Shown here: positions 44,840-54,051 of the stretch, in pieces
Numbering within the stretch: the stretch's first letter is position 1
Layout: each line of letters starts with the position of its first letter
Assembly: GCA_050789255.1 (NCBI GenBank)
Contig: JBOZRQ010000035.1
Span: forward strand, 282-64,281
DNA: 64,000 nucleotides
Direction of reading: 5' to 3'
DNA from: Symbiobacteriaceae bacterium
GTDB taxonomy: Bacteria > Bacillota > Sulfobacillia > Symbiobacteriales > Symbiobacteriaceae
Program-made: the position numbers and the translations under genes
Notes under the pieces: generated by a model
Told to the model about the DNA's origin: nothing
Databases searched by the model: none
What the model saw: only the letters and a program-made list of their open reading frames with translations

Positions 44840-46714
44840 ATGGAGAGCCTGCGCTTTGTGGCCTGCGGGGACCGCACGCTGCTGGTCTACCTGGGCGCCG
44901 ACATCGACGCCGAGGTCAACCGGCGGGTCCACGCCCTGACCCGCTCCCTGCAAGAGAAGAACCACCCGGCGATCGTGGAAGTGACGCCGGCCTACCACAG
45001 CCTGATGATCGAGTTCGACCCGGTCCGCATTCGCCCCGACCAGGTGGAGGAGATGGCCCGCTCCGCCCTCCAGACCCTGGAGACCGCCACGGTCGCCTCC
45101 CGCACGGTGGAGATCCCTGTGCTGTACGGCGGAGAGATGGGCCCGGACCTTGACTCCGTGGCGACCCATGCCGGCATCGCGGCCGACGAGGTGGTGCGGC
45201 GCCACAGCGACCCGCTCTACCGGGTATTCTGCCTGGGCTTCAGCCCCGGCTTCTGCTACCTGGGCGGGCTGGACAGCTCCCTGCACACCCCGCGCCTCGC
45301 CAACCCCCGCACCAAGGTGCCGGCGGGCAGCGTGGCCATCGGCGGGGCGCAAACCGGCGTCTACCCCTCCGCCACCCCGGGCGGCTGGCAAATCATCGGC
45401 CGGACCCCTGTGACCCTGTTTGACCCCTACAGCGAGCGACCCGCTCTGCTGGAGCCGGGCGACTCGATTCGCTTTGTGCCCGTAAGCGCCGAGCGGTACC
45501 AGGCGCTGGAGGCCGAGGCGCGCCTGGAGCGGCCCCCGCTGCCGCAGTTCACCGAGGGCAAGACCGGCCTGAAGGTGATCCAGCCCGGCCTCGCCACCAC
45601 CCTGCAGGACCTGGGCCGCCGCGGCTACCAGGCCTACGGCGTCTCCCTGGCGGGCGCCGCCGACTTCCTCTCGCTCATGGTCGGAAACTGGCTGCTTGGC
45701 AACCGGGCCCGCACCGCTGCGCTCGAGATCACCATTGCCGGGCCCGAGGTGGAGTTCACCGGCCCGCTGGCCTTCTCGCTGACCGGCGCCGTAGTTCAGG
45801 CCGAGCTGATTCCCGCCGGTGGTGGGGCGCCGCGCCCGGTCCCCATGTGGACCGCCCTTCTGGCCAGCCCTGGCGACCGGCTACGCATCGGTACGGCCAC
45901 GGCGGGCTGCCGTAGCTACCTGTGCGTGGCGGGCGGCTTCGACATGGAGCCCGTGCTGGGCAGCCTCTCCGAGGATCTGTTCGGCAAGGTCGGCCCCTTC
46001 GGGCGCCCCCTGAAGGCGGGCGACTGGCTCCCCACCGGGCTGCCGCTCCACGCCCCGGCCGCCGTGGCCGGCCGCACCTTCCCGACCGACCTGCGCCCCG
46101 CCTACACCGGGTCGCTCACCGTCCGGGTGACCCGCGGGCCGCAGAGCGACGCCTTCAGCGACGAAGCCTGGTCCACGTTCCTGGCAGGGGAGTACACCAT
46201 CGGGGAGAACTCCGACCGCCAGGGCCTCAGGCTCCAGGGTCCGACCGTCGCCCCGTCGGGGAGTGCGGACATCATTTCCGAGCCGATCGCGCCGGGAGCC
46301 ATCCAGGTCCCGGCCAACGGCCAGCCGATCCTGCTGCTGAACAACCGCCAGACCCTGGGCGGGTATACCAAGATCGCCGTAGCCCTCTACCCGGACCTGA
46401 CCTTTGCTGCCCAACTGCGCCCCGGCGACAAGGTGCGTTTCCAGGAGGTCAGCCTCGCCGAGGCGCATCAGATTGCCTGGAGCGAGCGGCGGCGCCTGGC
46501 CAACATGCGCAGGCTCCTGGAGCGGGAGCCGGCGGTCCAGCCCGTGGAGGCGATGGTGAACCTGACGCCGCCCCCGCAGCCCGTGGAGGCCGTGACACCG
46601 GCACCCGTCGAAGCGCCGCCTGAACCGCCGGCCACCCCTGCCCCGACCCGGGTCTTCCGGATCACGGTGGCGGGCATCACCTATCAGGCAGAGGTCGAAG
46701 AAGTGACTGAGTAG
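44840..46714 (+). CDS. fused 5-oxoprolinase subunits PxpB-PxpC (KipI-KipA / allophanate hydrolase subunit 1 and 2 families) with a C-terminal Pro/Ala-rich tail
   Basis: The N-terminal half is KipI-like (CGDRTLLVYLG..., FSPGFCYLGGLD, GGAQTGVYP..PGGWQIIGRTP). The C-terminal half is KipA-like (GLATTLQDLGR.GYQ..GV, SDRQGLRLQG, PILLLNNRQTLGGYTKIAV). The alternative start is 44801. Confidence 0.85.
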   Translation: MESLRFVACGDRTLLVYLGADIDAEVNRRVHALTRSLQEKNHPAIVEVTPAYHSLMIEFDPVRIRPDQVEEMARSALQTLETATVASRTVEIPVLYGGEMGPDLDSVATHAGIAADEVVRRHSDPLYRVFCLGFSPGFCYLGGLDSSLHTPRLANPRTKVPAGSVAIGGAQTGVYPSATPGGWQIIGRTPVTLFDPYSERPALLEPGDSIRFVPVSAERYQALEAEARLERPPLPQFTEGKTGLKVIQPGLATTLQDLGRRGYQAYGVSLAGAADFLSLMVGNWLLGNRARTAALEITIAGPEVEFTGPLAFSLTGAVVQAELIPAGGGAPRPVPMWTALLASPGDRLRIGTATAGCRSYLCVAGGFDMEPVLGSLSEDLFGKVGPFGRPLKAGDWLPTGLPLHAPAAVAGRTFPTDLRPAYTGSLTVRVTRGPQSDAFSDEAWSTFLAGEYTIGENSDRQGLRLQGPTVAPSGSADIISEPIAPGAIQVPANGQPILLLNNRQTLGGYTKIAVALYPDLTFAAQLRPGDKVRFQEVSLAEAHQIAWSERRRLANMRRLLEREPAVQPVEAMVNLTPPPQPVEAVTPAPVEAPPEPPATPAPTRVFRITVAGITYQAEVEEVTE

Positions 46715-46719
46715 CTCAC

Positions 46720-46755
46720 AAGGCCGAGGATCTCACTTCCTCGGCCTTGCCATTT
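46720..46755 (+). terminator. intrinsic terminator
   Basis: AAGGCCGAGGA (46720-46730) pairs with TCCTCGGCCTT (46738-46748) and is followed by GCCATTT. Confidence 0.55.
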
Positions 46756-46822
46756 GCGACAGGAATTCTCTCGATTGCTACCCAATTCTGATGGGAAACC
46801 ATTGGTTTGAGGAGGGGTCAGG

Positions 46823-49273
46823 TTGGAGACCGGGGCCTTCCGCCGCTCAGAGCCGGAAGATCACCACTTCCGCCTGTTGGTCGAGAGTGTTGTGGACTAC
46901 GCAATCTTTATGCTTGACCCCACCGGCTGCATCATCAGCTGGAACGAGGGCGCCCGGCGGATGAAGGGGTACGCCGATGACGAGATCATCGGACAGCACA
47001 TGTCGGTCTTCTATCCGCCCGAAGCGCTGGAGGTGCGCAGGCCGTGGCGCCTGCTTGAGGCCGCCGTCCAGCACGGTAGGGCAGAGGACGCAGGCTGGCG
47101 CGTCAGAAAAGATGGGTCTCGCTTCTGGGCCAACGTTGTCATTACAGCGCTGTGGTCAGAGAGCGGGGAACTGAAGGGCTTCGCCAAGGTCACCCGAGAC
47201 CTGACGGAACGGCGAATGCGGGCCGAAATGGAGACGGCCAACCGCAGGCTCACCTTTCTGGCGCAGGTCAGTGAGGCGCTGGCGGCCTCCCTCGCCTCCC
47301 CGGCCACCCTGCGTGACGTGGTGCAGCTCGCCGTTCAGCACAATGCCGACTGGTGTACGCTCCTCCTCTTGAACGCCGATGGCACTGTACGCGAGTTGCT
47401 CAGCAGCCATCGGGACCCGGAGCGCCTGCCACGGGTGGCGGAGTTCCTGGCTATGACCGCCAGGCAACCGGTCCGTTCGGGTGCCATCTGGAGCGTGGCG
47501 CGAACCGGTCAGGCCGAGGTCTATCCTGATATCAGCCCCTCACAGCTGGTCTCCGTCGCGGGGAGTGAAGACGCCAGCCGCCTGGTCATGACTGCGGGTG
47601 GAATGCGCTCCGCCATGGTTGTCCCGCTGATCGCCCGCGGGCAGGCCCTGGGTGCGCTGCAGATGGTCTGGGCGCAGGAGCACCGCCGCTATGATGAGGC
47701 CGATCTGACCATGGCGCAGGAGGTGGCCCGGCGGGCTGCCCTTGCCATTGACAACGCCGATCTCTTTCGAGAGGCCCAGGAGGCGTCCCAGCGGCGGGAT
47801 GAGTCGTACGCGTTGTTGGCCAGCCAAAACGCCATCTCCGAAGCGATCGCCCAGGGGCAGCCCCTGTCATCTGTGCTCCGCCTATTGACGCACTTCATCG
47901 AAGAGTGGTCCCCGTCCGCCTGGTGCGCCATTCACTTGCTCGACGCAGACGGCACGATCCTGCGCTGTTCGGCCAGCGGGCGAATGCCGCCATCGTTTCG
48001 GGCGGGAATCGAGGTCGTAGAGGTCGGGCCAAACGCTGCAGCCTGCGGTGCGGCGGCCTATCGGCGGGAGTCGCTCCAGTTGCCCGAGGGCTGGGCCACG
48101 CCCGTCTTCGGGAGCCAGCGCGAAGTGATTGGCACGGTAACGCTCCACTACCCGGGCGCCGACGGACCTACGCAGCTGGACCGCAGGCTGGTCTCCATCT
48201 CGACCCACCTGCTCGCCATCGCCATCGAACGGAACAGGGCGCAAGAGGCGCGCGACATGAAGCTCCAAACCCTGGTGACGCACATGGGCGAAGGGCTTGT
48301 AGCCATCGATAACGAAGGCAGGGTCCTCGTGGCCAACCCGACCGTCCACGAGTTGCTCGGCTGCTCGGGCCCGGTTCAGGGGAGCATGCTGGCAGACGCG
48401 GGCTTGCCCTCCGACCTGCAGGAGAGCTTGCTGTGGGCTTCCGGTGCGGAGTGCCATGCCCCGTTTCAGGTGATGCTCACCTGGGGGCAGCGGGAGATCG
48501 AGGCCCACGTCTCCCCCGTCGCAACCGACAACGGTCGTTACGGAGCGTTGGCGCTCCTTCGCGACGTGACCATGGAGGTCCGGCTCCGCCGGCTGCAAAA
48601 CAGCTTCGTCGCCAACGTTTCGCACGAACTCAAAGGGCCCCTGGCCAGCGTTTCCGCTGTCGTAGAGGCCCTTCGTGACGGCCTGATCGCACCGGCCAAC
48701 CGCGGCAGGTACATGGCGTCGCTTTTGGCGGAAATCGGCCGGTTGCAGCGGCTGACCGACCAGTTGCTCCAACTTTCCAAGCTAGAGGCCGGCGTGGTCG
48801 ATCTGCCCAAAGGCCCGGTCGACCTGGCCGAACTGCTTGGGGTCGTCGGCCAACTCTGGCAGTACCAGTGCCGTGACGCGGGGCTGACGCTGTCCGTCGA
48901 TAGCCCACGGCTTATGGTGTCCACGAACTTTGATGCGCTGGAGCAGGTGATCATCAACCTCGTGGAAAATGCCGTGCGGTTTACACCGCCTGGAGGGAGC
49001 ATCAGCCTGCGCGCACACCAGGTCGACCACCTCGCGCGCATCGAGGTGGAGGACAGCGGCGGCGGGATTCCGCCGGAGCACATCCGCCTGATCTGGGAGC
49101 CGTTTTACAAGGTAGATCAGGCCCGCACACTGATGCCCAACAGCGGGACCGGCCTCGGCCTCTCGATTGTCAAACGCCTCGTCGCCCAAATGGGCGGAGA
49201 GATTCGGGTCGAATCCGAGGTGGGCCGGGGAACGGTCTTCGCGGTGTTGCTGCCCCTGGCGGAGCCTCAGTGA
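46823..49273 (+). CDS. cytoplasmic multi-sensor histidine kinase (PAS, GAF-like regions, PAS, HisKA, HATPase_c)
   Basis: 816 aa with a TTG start and a GAGGAGGGG SD. It has an N-terminal PAS (FRLLVESVVDYAIFMLDPTGCIISWNEGARRMKGY), the H-box SHELKGPLASV and a GTGLGLSIVKRL G2 box. No TM segments. Confidence 0.9.
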   Translation: METGAFRRSEPEDHHFRLLVESVVDYAIFMLDPTGCIISWNEGARRMKGYADDEIIGQHMSVFYPPEALEVRRPWRLLEAAVQHGRAEDAGWRVRKDGSRFWANVVITALWSESGELKGFAKVTRDLTERRMRAEMETANRRLTFLAQVSEALAASLASPATLRDVVQLAVQHNADWCTLLLLNADGTVRELLSSHRDPERLPRVAEFLAMTARQPVRSGAIWSVARTGQAEVYPDISPSQLVSVAGSEDASRLVMTAGGMRSAMVVPLIARGQALGALQMVWAQEHRRYDEADLTMAQEVARRAALAIDNADLFREAQEASQRRDESYALLASQNAISEAIAQGQPLSSVLRLLTHFIEEWSPSAWCAIHLLDADGTILRCSASGRMPPSFRAGIEVVEVGPNAAACGAAAYRRESLQLPEGWATPVFGSQREVIGTVTLHYPGADGPTQLDRRLVSISTHLLAIAIERNRAQEARDMKLQTLVTHMGEGLVAIDNEGRVLVANPTVHELLGCSGPVQGSMLADAGLPSDLQESLLWASGAECHAPFQVMLTWGQREIEAHVSPVATDNGRYGALALLRDVTMEVRLRRLQNSFVANVSHELKGPLASVSAVVEALRDGLIAPANRGRYMASLLAEIGRLQRLTDQLLQLSKLEAGVVDLPKGPVDLAELLGVVGQLWQYQCRDAGLTLSVDSPRLMVSTNFDALEQVIINLVENAVRFTPPGGSISLRAHQVDHLARIEVEDSGGGIPPEHIRLIWEPFYKVDQARTLMPNSGTGLGLSIVKRLVAQMGGEIRVESEVGRGTVFAVLLPLAEPQ

Positions 49274-50187
49274 GGCCGAAGCGGGATGCGGGCGGTCACC
49301 ACCAGCCCGCACTCGTCGCCGGGGGCGAGCCAGAGGGATCCGCCGAGCCGGGTGACCCGGCTCTCCATGCCCCGCAGGCCAAGGTGGGCGCCGCCCATCT
49401 TGTAGGTCTCGGCCACCCCCTCGGCCAGGCCGCGGCCATCGTCCTGGATGACGGCGGTCACCGCGTCGTCGGTGATGCGAAGGCTGACCAGTACGGTGGA
49501 GGCGCCGGAGTGGCGCCGCACGTTGACCAGCGCCTCGCGCACGATCTGGTAGAGGCCGTCGGCGACATCCGGCGGGATGCGGGTCGGGTCGCCCAGGGTC
49601 TGCAGATCCCCGGTGATGCCGCCCGCCTCCATCTCCTTGAGCAGCCCCTGAATCGCCTGCCGCAGCTGCCCGGCCTCCACAGGGCCCGAGGAGAGCGAGA
49701 AGATCGCCTCCCGCACCTGCCGCAGGCCGGTGCTGGCCAACTGCTTGACCCGCTCCAGATCCGGGCGCAGGCGCTCATCCTTCTCCAGGTTCGTCAGGAG
49801 CCAGTCGGACTTTAGCCCGATGCCAAAGAGGGTCTGGGCGACGCGGTCGTGCAGGTCCTGGGCGATGCGCATGCGCTCGTGCGCGATCCACTCGCTGCGC
49901 TGAGCGTTGTCGAGGTCACGGTGGAGTTGCTCCAGCCGGGAGATCACCTCGTCATAGTCGCTGGCGGCCTGGTCGGACCGGTGCGCCTGCCCGATCATGG
50001 CGCCGGCCACATGCAAAAAGCAGTCAAGCTCCGGAGTGCGCTGGGCATTGGGGAGTTCCTGACCGACAGTATAGCCTTGGAGCCCAAAGTGGGAAGCGGC
50101 GATCCGGCTCACCGCCGCGGTCAGCGCTGCGACACTGCCGCCTGCCGCGGCGAGCTCCGAAATGGCGGCTGAGAGCGTATTAAGCAT
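49267..50187 (-). CDS. HisKA_3-type (NarL-class) histidine kinase, soluble
   Basis: Track ORF trimmed to the ATG at 50187; 50295 is the alternative. It has the H-box DLHDRVAQTLFGI and an HATPase_c domain (REALVNVRRHS..., GLRGMESRV). Its 3' end overlaps the convergent kinase by 7 nt. Confidence 0.8.
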   Translation of the reverse strand: MLNTLSAAISELAAAGGSVAALTAAVSRIAASHFGLQGYTVGQELPNAQRTPELDCFLHVAGAMIGQAHRSDQAASDYDEVISRLEQLHRDLDNAQRSEWIAHERMRIAQDLHDRVAQTLFGIGLKSDWLLTNLEKDERLRPDLERVKQLASTGLRQVREAIFSLSSGPVEAGQLRQAIQGLLKEMEAGGITGDLQTLGDPTRIPPDVADGLYQIVREALVNVRRHSGASTVLVSLRITDDAVTAVIQDDGRGLAEGVAETYKMGGAHLGLRGMESRVTRLGGSLWLAPGDECGLVVTARIPLRPH

Positions 50188-50341
50188 TGTCCGTGCCCCC
50201 CTTTCAGTCGGGGTTGGTTCGACAGGGCGGCGGACCGTTCCTTCCGAGGCGCGGTGCAGAATCGGTCGTGGACCTGACAGGGAACGCTGTGCCAAAGAGG
50301 GAATTTACGCGGAGAGATGCACACCAAGGGGGCATGGCACC

Positions 50342-52354
50342 ATGAAACTGCGCTTTTCACTCACCGCCAAGCTCCTGCTCCTGATCGCGACCGCCGCATC
50401 CATCCCACTGGCAGCCCTGGTGGGTTTCAGTCTCTACCTGCGTGAGACGATTCAGGCCGACATGGAGCAGAAGATCGAGACCACCCTCACACTGGCCATG
50501 AATATGGAGTCCAGTTTTGTCGATGAGGGGCTCTTTGCGATGAAGCAGGTGGCCACGGCGGTGGCCCACGACACACAGGTGCAGGCCGCCCTGACCGGGC
50601 CGGGCGCCCGCCCCGACCTGGCCCGGCTGGCCAAGGTCTTTCCGCGTGCCGACACCGTGGTGGTCGTGGACCGCACGGGCAGCGTGGTGGCCCGGTCCAC
50701 CTCGGAGCACACGGGCGACCGATACAGCCTGAACGGGCTGGTCGAGCATGTCATGTCCTTTGGGGAGCGGCAGGCTTATCCTGCCCTGATTCCCTGGTCG
50801 GAACTGCAGGCCGAGGGCCCGCAGATTCATGAGCTGGTCGACATGCCGATCCTGGAGACCAGGCAGTCCACCGATCCCCGCTTCGGGACCCGGGTCGATA
50901 CGGCCCTGGCCCTGGTGGGCGTGGCCCCGATCCTCGGCCCGGATGGAACCCTGCTCGGCGCCGCCGTCGCCGCTGATATTCTGAACCGTGACTATCGCAT
51001 TGTCGATGAGGTGGTGCTCCGGTCGCCGGCGGAGGTGCCCATGAACGCCACCATCGCCATGGATGGGATTCGGGTCACCACCAACGTGAAGCTGAAGGAC
51101 CCTGAAGGCCACCAGACGGATGCCCGGGCCCTGGGCACGGTTTACTCCGACGTGGTGATGGAGAGCCTGCGGGCCGGCAACACCTACCGCGGCCGGGCCA
51201 CGGTGGTCGAGGAGACCACCCGGACGATCTACAGCCCGCTGCGGGACTATATGGGAAATGTGATCGCCGGGCCGTATGTGGGCATCCCGGAGGCGTACTT
51301 CACGGCTGTGGAGGCCCGACTCACTCGCTATGTCAACCTCGCGGTGGGCGCCGGCCTGGGTGTGCTGGTGCTGGTGGTGGTGCTCGGGCTCTGGATGACC
51401 CGCCGGGGCGTGGTGAGCCCGATCAACCGGTTCATCGCTCAGATTCGGTCCGGCGACGTGGGCAAGCGGATCTCGCACCCCGCCGGGGACGAGATCGGGG
51501 ACCTGGCCAAGGCGCTGGATGAGTTCTTGCAGCGGATCGTCTCGATGATCGGGCAGGTGCGATCGGTGGCCGAAGAGGTGGCCCTGGCCAGCAAGACCCT
51601 GCACGGGGCGGCCTCACAGACCAGCTCCGAGGCGGGGCGTGCGCTCTGGGCGGCCTCCACCTCCTTCGAGAAGGCCAAGGAGCTCCAGGCGGGCGCCCAG
51701 CTTACGATCCACCGCCTGACCGAGCTGGGCTCGGCGGTCAGCAGCGTGGCCGAGGGCGCCAGCCGCCAGGAGCGCTCGATCCGCTACACGGGGACGGTGA
51801 CCGAGGAGATCGCCGGCACCGTGGTGGAGACCCGGGACCGGGCGGCGGCGGCGATGGAGGCCGCCGGCACGCTCACGAACGGCGCCCGATCCGGCCTGAA
51901 GCAGGCTGCAGCCTTCATGGCCGCACTGAGCATCCTGCGGCAGCGGGCTGAGAACGACCGGGTCCTGGATCTGCTCCAGGATCCCTCCCCGGTGATCACG
52001 GGGATGGCCGAGGCCGCCGAACGGCTGGTGGGCGAGGTGCGCCACCTGGCGCTAGCGGTGCAGGAGAACTCGGCCAGGCTCTCCACCATTGAGGAGGAGA
52101 TGACCCGGGTCCGCCATGTGGTGGCCGAGACCGCCGCCAGCATGCAGGAGGCGGGCGGCGCCGCCGCCGAGGTGATCCGCTGGATGGAGACCATGGCCGG
52201 CTCGGTCGGCAAGGTGGCCGACCAGGCCGAGGCCACGCAGACCTCCATGCATGACATTGCGATCGCCAGCCGGGCGCTGCTGGCCATGTCCGCCCGCATG
52301 AACGAGGCGGCAGAGCAGCTGCACCAGGCGCTTGAGCAGTTCAAGGAGTCCTAG
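50342..52354 (+). CDS. membrane sensor: extracytoplasmic (Cache-like) domain, HAMP and an MCP-like coiled-coil lacking an obvious canonical tip motif
   Basis: Track ORF trimmed to the ATG at 50342 (MKLRFSLTAKLLLLIATAASIPLAALVGF). A second TM lies near aa 395-415, followed by a HAMP domain (GDEIGDLAKALDEFLQRI) and about 270 aa of Ala/Glu-rich heptads. Confidence 0.7.
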   Translation: MKLRFSLTAKLLLLIATAASIPLAALVGFSLYLRETIQADMEQKIETTLTLAMNMESSFVDEGLFAMKQVATAVAHDTQVQAALTGPGARPDLARLAKVFPRADTVVVVDRTGSVVARSTSEHTGDRYSLNGLVEHVMSFGERQAYPALIPWSELQAEGPQIHELVDMPILETRQSTDPRFGTRVDTALALVGVAPILGPDGTLLGAAVAADILNRDYRIVDEVVLRSPAEVPMNATIAMDGIRVTTNVKLKDPEGHQTDARALGTVYSDVVMESLRAGNTYRGRATVVEETTRTIYSPLRDYMGNVIAGPYVGIPEAYFTAVEARLTRYVNLAVGAGLGVLVLVVVLGLWMTRRGVVSPINRFIAQIRSGDVGKRISHPAGDEIGDLAKALDEFLQRIVSMIGQVRSVAEEVALASKTLHGAASQTSSEAGRALWAASTSFEKAKELQAGAQLTIHRLTELGSAVSSVAEGASRQERSIRYTGTVTEEIAGTVVETRDRAAAAMEAAGTLTNGARSGLKQAAAFMAALSILRQRAENDRVLDLLQDPSPVITGMAEAAERLVGEVRHLALAVQENSARLSTIEEEMTRVRHVVAETAASMQEAGGAAAEVIRWMETMAGSVGKVADQAEATQTSMHDIAIASRALLAMSARMNEAAEQLHQALEQFKES

Positions 52355-52486
52355 TCCTGAAGGCGGCGCCCCGGTTGGGGGGCCGCCTCCGCGCGCGTGG
52401 GATGGTCGCATGAGTTAGTGCGAGGGGTGTAACGAATCGCTCCGCCGTGGTACTGCCCTGTTGAGCGTGCGTTGAGGGGGGTGCCC

Positions 52487-52984
52487 ATGCAGCGACTCAA
52501 GGAGTTCTACGATCGCTACAAGGGCGCCGTCTTCGGCTACCTCTACCGCATGAGCGGGTCGGCGGATGAGGCTGAGGAGTTGACCCAGGAGACGTTCTAC
52601 CAGGCGCTGATCTCCTTGTACCGGTTCCGCGGCGAGGCTGCGGTGCTGACCTGGCTGCTGCGGATCGCCCGGAACGTCTATTTGAAGCGGCAGCGCAGCC
52701 GGGGGCGGGAGATGCCGACGGACGCCATGGAGAGCCTCGTGGCAGGGGCCGAGGCGGGACCGGAGCAGGCGCTGATCCGCCTGGATGAGCAGGAAGCGGT
52801 GCGCCGGGCGCTCGCCCGGCTGCCCGAGCAGTACCGGACCGTGCTGGTCCTGCGGGAGGTCCAGGGGCTCAGTCACGCTGAGGTCGGGCTGATCCTGGAG
52901 AAGAGCGAGGCGACCGTGCGGGTGCTGGTGCACCGGGCCCGCCAGCGGCTCCACACCCTCTACCTGGAGGAGGAGAAGGCATGA
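52487..52984 (+). CDS. ECF-type RNA polymerase sigma factor
   Basis: ATG at 52487, 6 nt after GAGGGGGG. It has a region 2 (AEELTQETFYQALISLYRF) and a region 4 (LPEQYRTVLVLREVQGLSHAEVGLILEKSEATVRVLVHRARQRL). Confidence 0.85.
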   Translation: MQRLKEFYDRYKGAVFGYLYRMSGSADEAEELTQETFYQALISLYRFRGEAAVLTWLLRIARNVYLKRQRSRGREMPTDAMESLVAGAEAGPEQALIRLDEQEAVRRALARLPEQYRTVLVLREVQGLSHAEVGLILEKSEATVRVLVHRARQRLHTLYLEEEKA

Positions 52985-54051
52985 AGCAGTGCGGGATCAT
53001 ACAGGACCTGCTGCCGCTTTATATCGATGATGCGGTCAGCCCCGAGAGCCGGGCGCTGGTCGAGGAGCATCTGGCGACATGCGCTGACTGCGAGCGCGCC
53101 TATTACGCCCTGCGGAAGGGGGCGCCGAAGTTGGGCGCCCATCTGCCGGAAGGCGCCGCGCCCTCCGAGGATGCCCGCTTCCTGACCCGGCTGAAGCACC
53201 GGGTGGGTTCGATCATCGGTATGGGGTTGGTGCTGCTGGTACTGACTGCCTTTGGCGCCAACTGGTTCGGGCGCTGGCGGGCCGACCGGGAGTTCGGGCA
53301 GAGCTACGAGGCCCGGACCCGGGAGGAGAAGGCGGCGGTGGCTGCGATTAAAGACGCCAGCCCCGACCCGCTGGCCCGCCTGAAGGCGGCGGGGGTTGAG
53401 CTGACCTACGAGGCGAGGCGGGAGAACGGCGGGGTCCGCATTGACTACCGCCTCACCTCGTCGGGTCCCGCCGAGCAAGCGGTCTCACACTCCAGCCCGT
53501 ACGAGCCCTCACCGCGGCTGTACGACCCGAGGACGGGCCAGGATCTGGGGTCCGTACGTGAGCACGGCAGCGGCACCAGCCCCGGCAAGCCCACAGAGGG
53601 GTACGCGTACTTTGCTCAGGTCGGCCAGATCCCCGGCCCAGTGGAGGCGACGCTCCCCTCCTTCCAGGTCTACATCAAGCCCGACCGGGAGCTTTCCTGG
53701 GAGGTGCGGCGCCCCGGTGAGGAGGGCGACGTGCTGCTGGGCCAGCGCTTCACGGTGGCCGGGGTCGAGTTCGAGGTGGAGCGGGTACGCTTCGCCAAGG
53801 ACCGGGTTCAGATCGACTACCGCCAGCTGACGGCGCCCGCCCAGGTCGGGGTTCACCTGCTGAGCTTCCGGCTGAGCGACCGCATGGGCGGCGCCTGGGG
53901 CGGCGACGCCCCCCTCGACCGGCTGCCCGATCCCCTGCGCCCCAGCCAGACCTTCGAGCTCGTGGCCTCCTTCAGCAAGGTCTGGTCGATCCGGGTGGAG
54001 CACGCCGTGCTGGCCATTCCCGGCCCGGCGATCCCCGTGGAGGTGAAGTAG
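52981..54051 (+). CDS. anti-sigma factor (zf-HC2) with TM and large extracytoplasmic domain
   Basis: ATGA overlap with the sigma gene. It has the H-x3-C-x2-C motif (EEHLATCADCERAY) and a single TM (IIGMGLVLLVLTAFGANWF). Confidence 0.75.
   Translation: MKQCGIIQDLLPLYIDDAVSPESRALVEEHLATCADCERAYYALRKGAPKLGAHLPEGAAPSEDARFLTRLKHRVGSIIGMGLVLLVLTAFGANWFGRWRADREFGQSYEARTREEKAAVAAIKDASPDPLARLKAAGVELTYEARRENGGVRIDYRLTSSGPAEQAVSHSSPYEPSPRLYDPRTGQDLGSVREHGSGTSPGKPTEGYAYFAQVGQIPGPVEATLPSFQVYIKPDRELSWEVRRPGEEGDVLLGQRFTVAGVEFEVERVRFAKDRVQIDYRQLTAPAQVGVHLLSFRLSDRMGGAWGGDAPLDRLPDPLRPSQTFELVASFSKVWSIRVEHAVLAIPGPAIPVEVK

Noticed and set aside
52420-52486. ECF-type autoregulated promoter (TGTAAC ... CGT) upstream of the second sigma factor.
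   Set aside because: TGTAAC is present, but the only CGT-type element follows after about 12 nt rather than the 16-17 nt expected. The support is not good enough to call.
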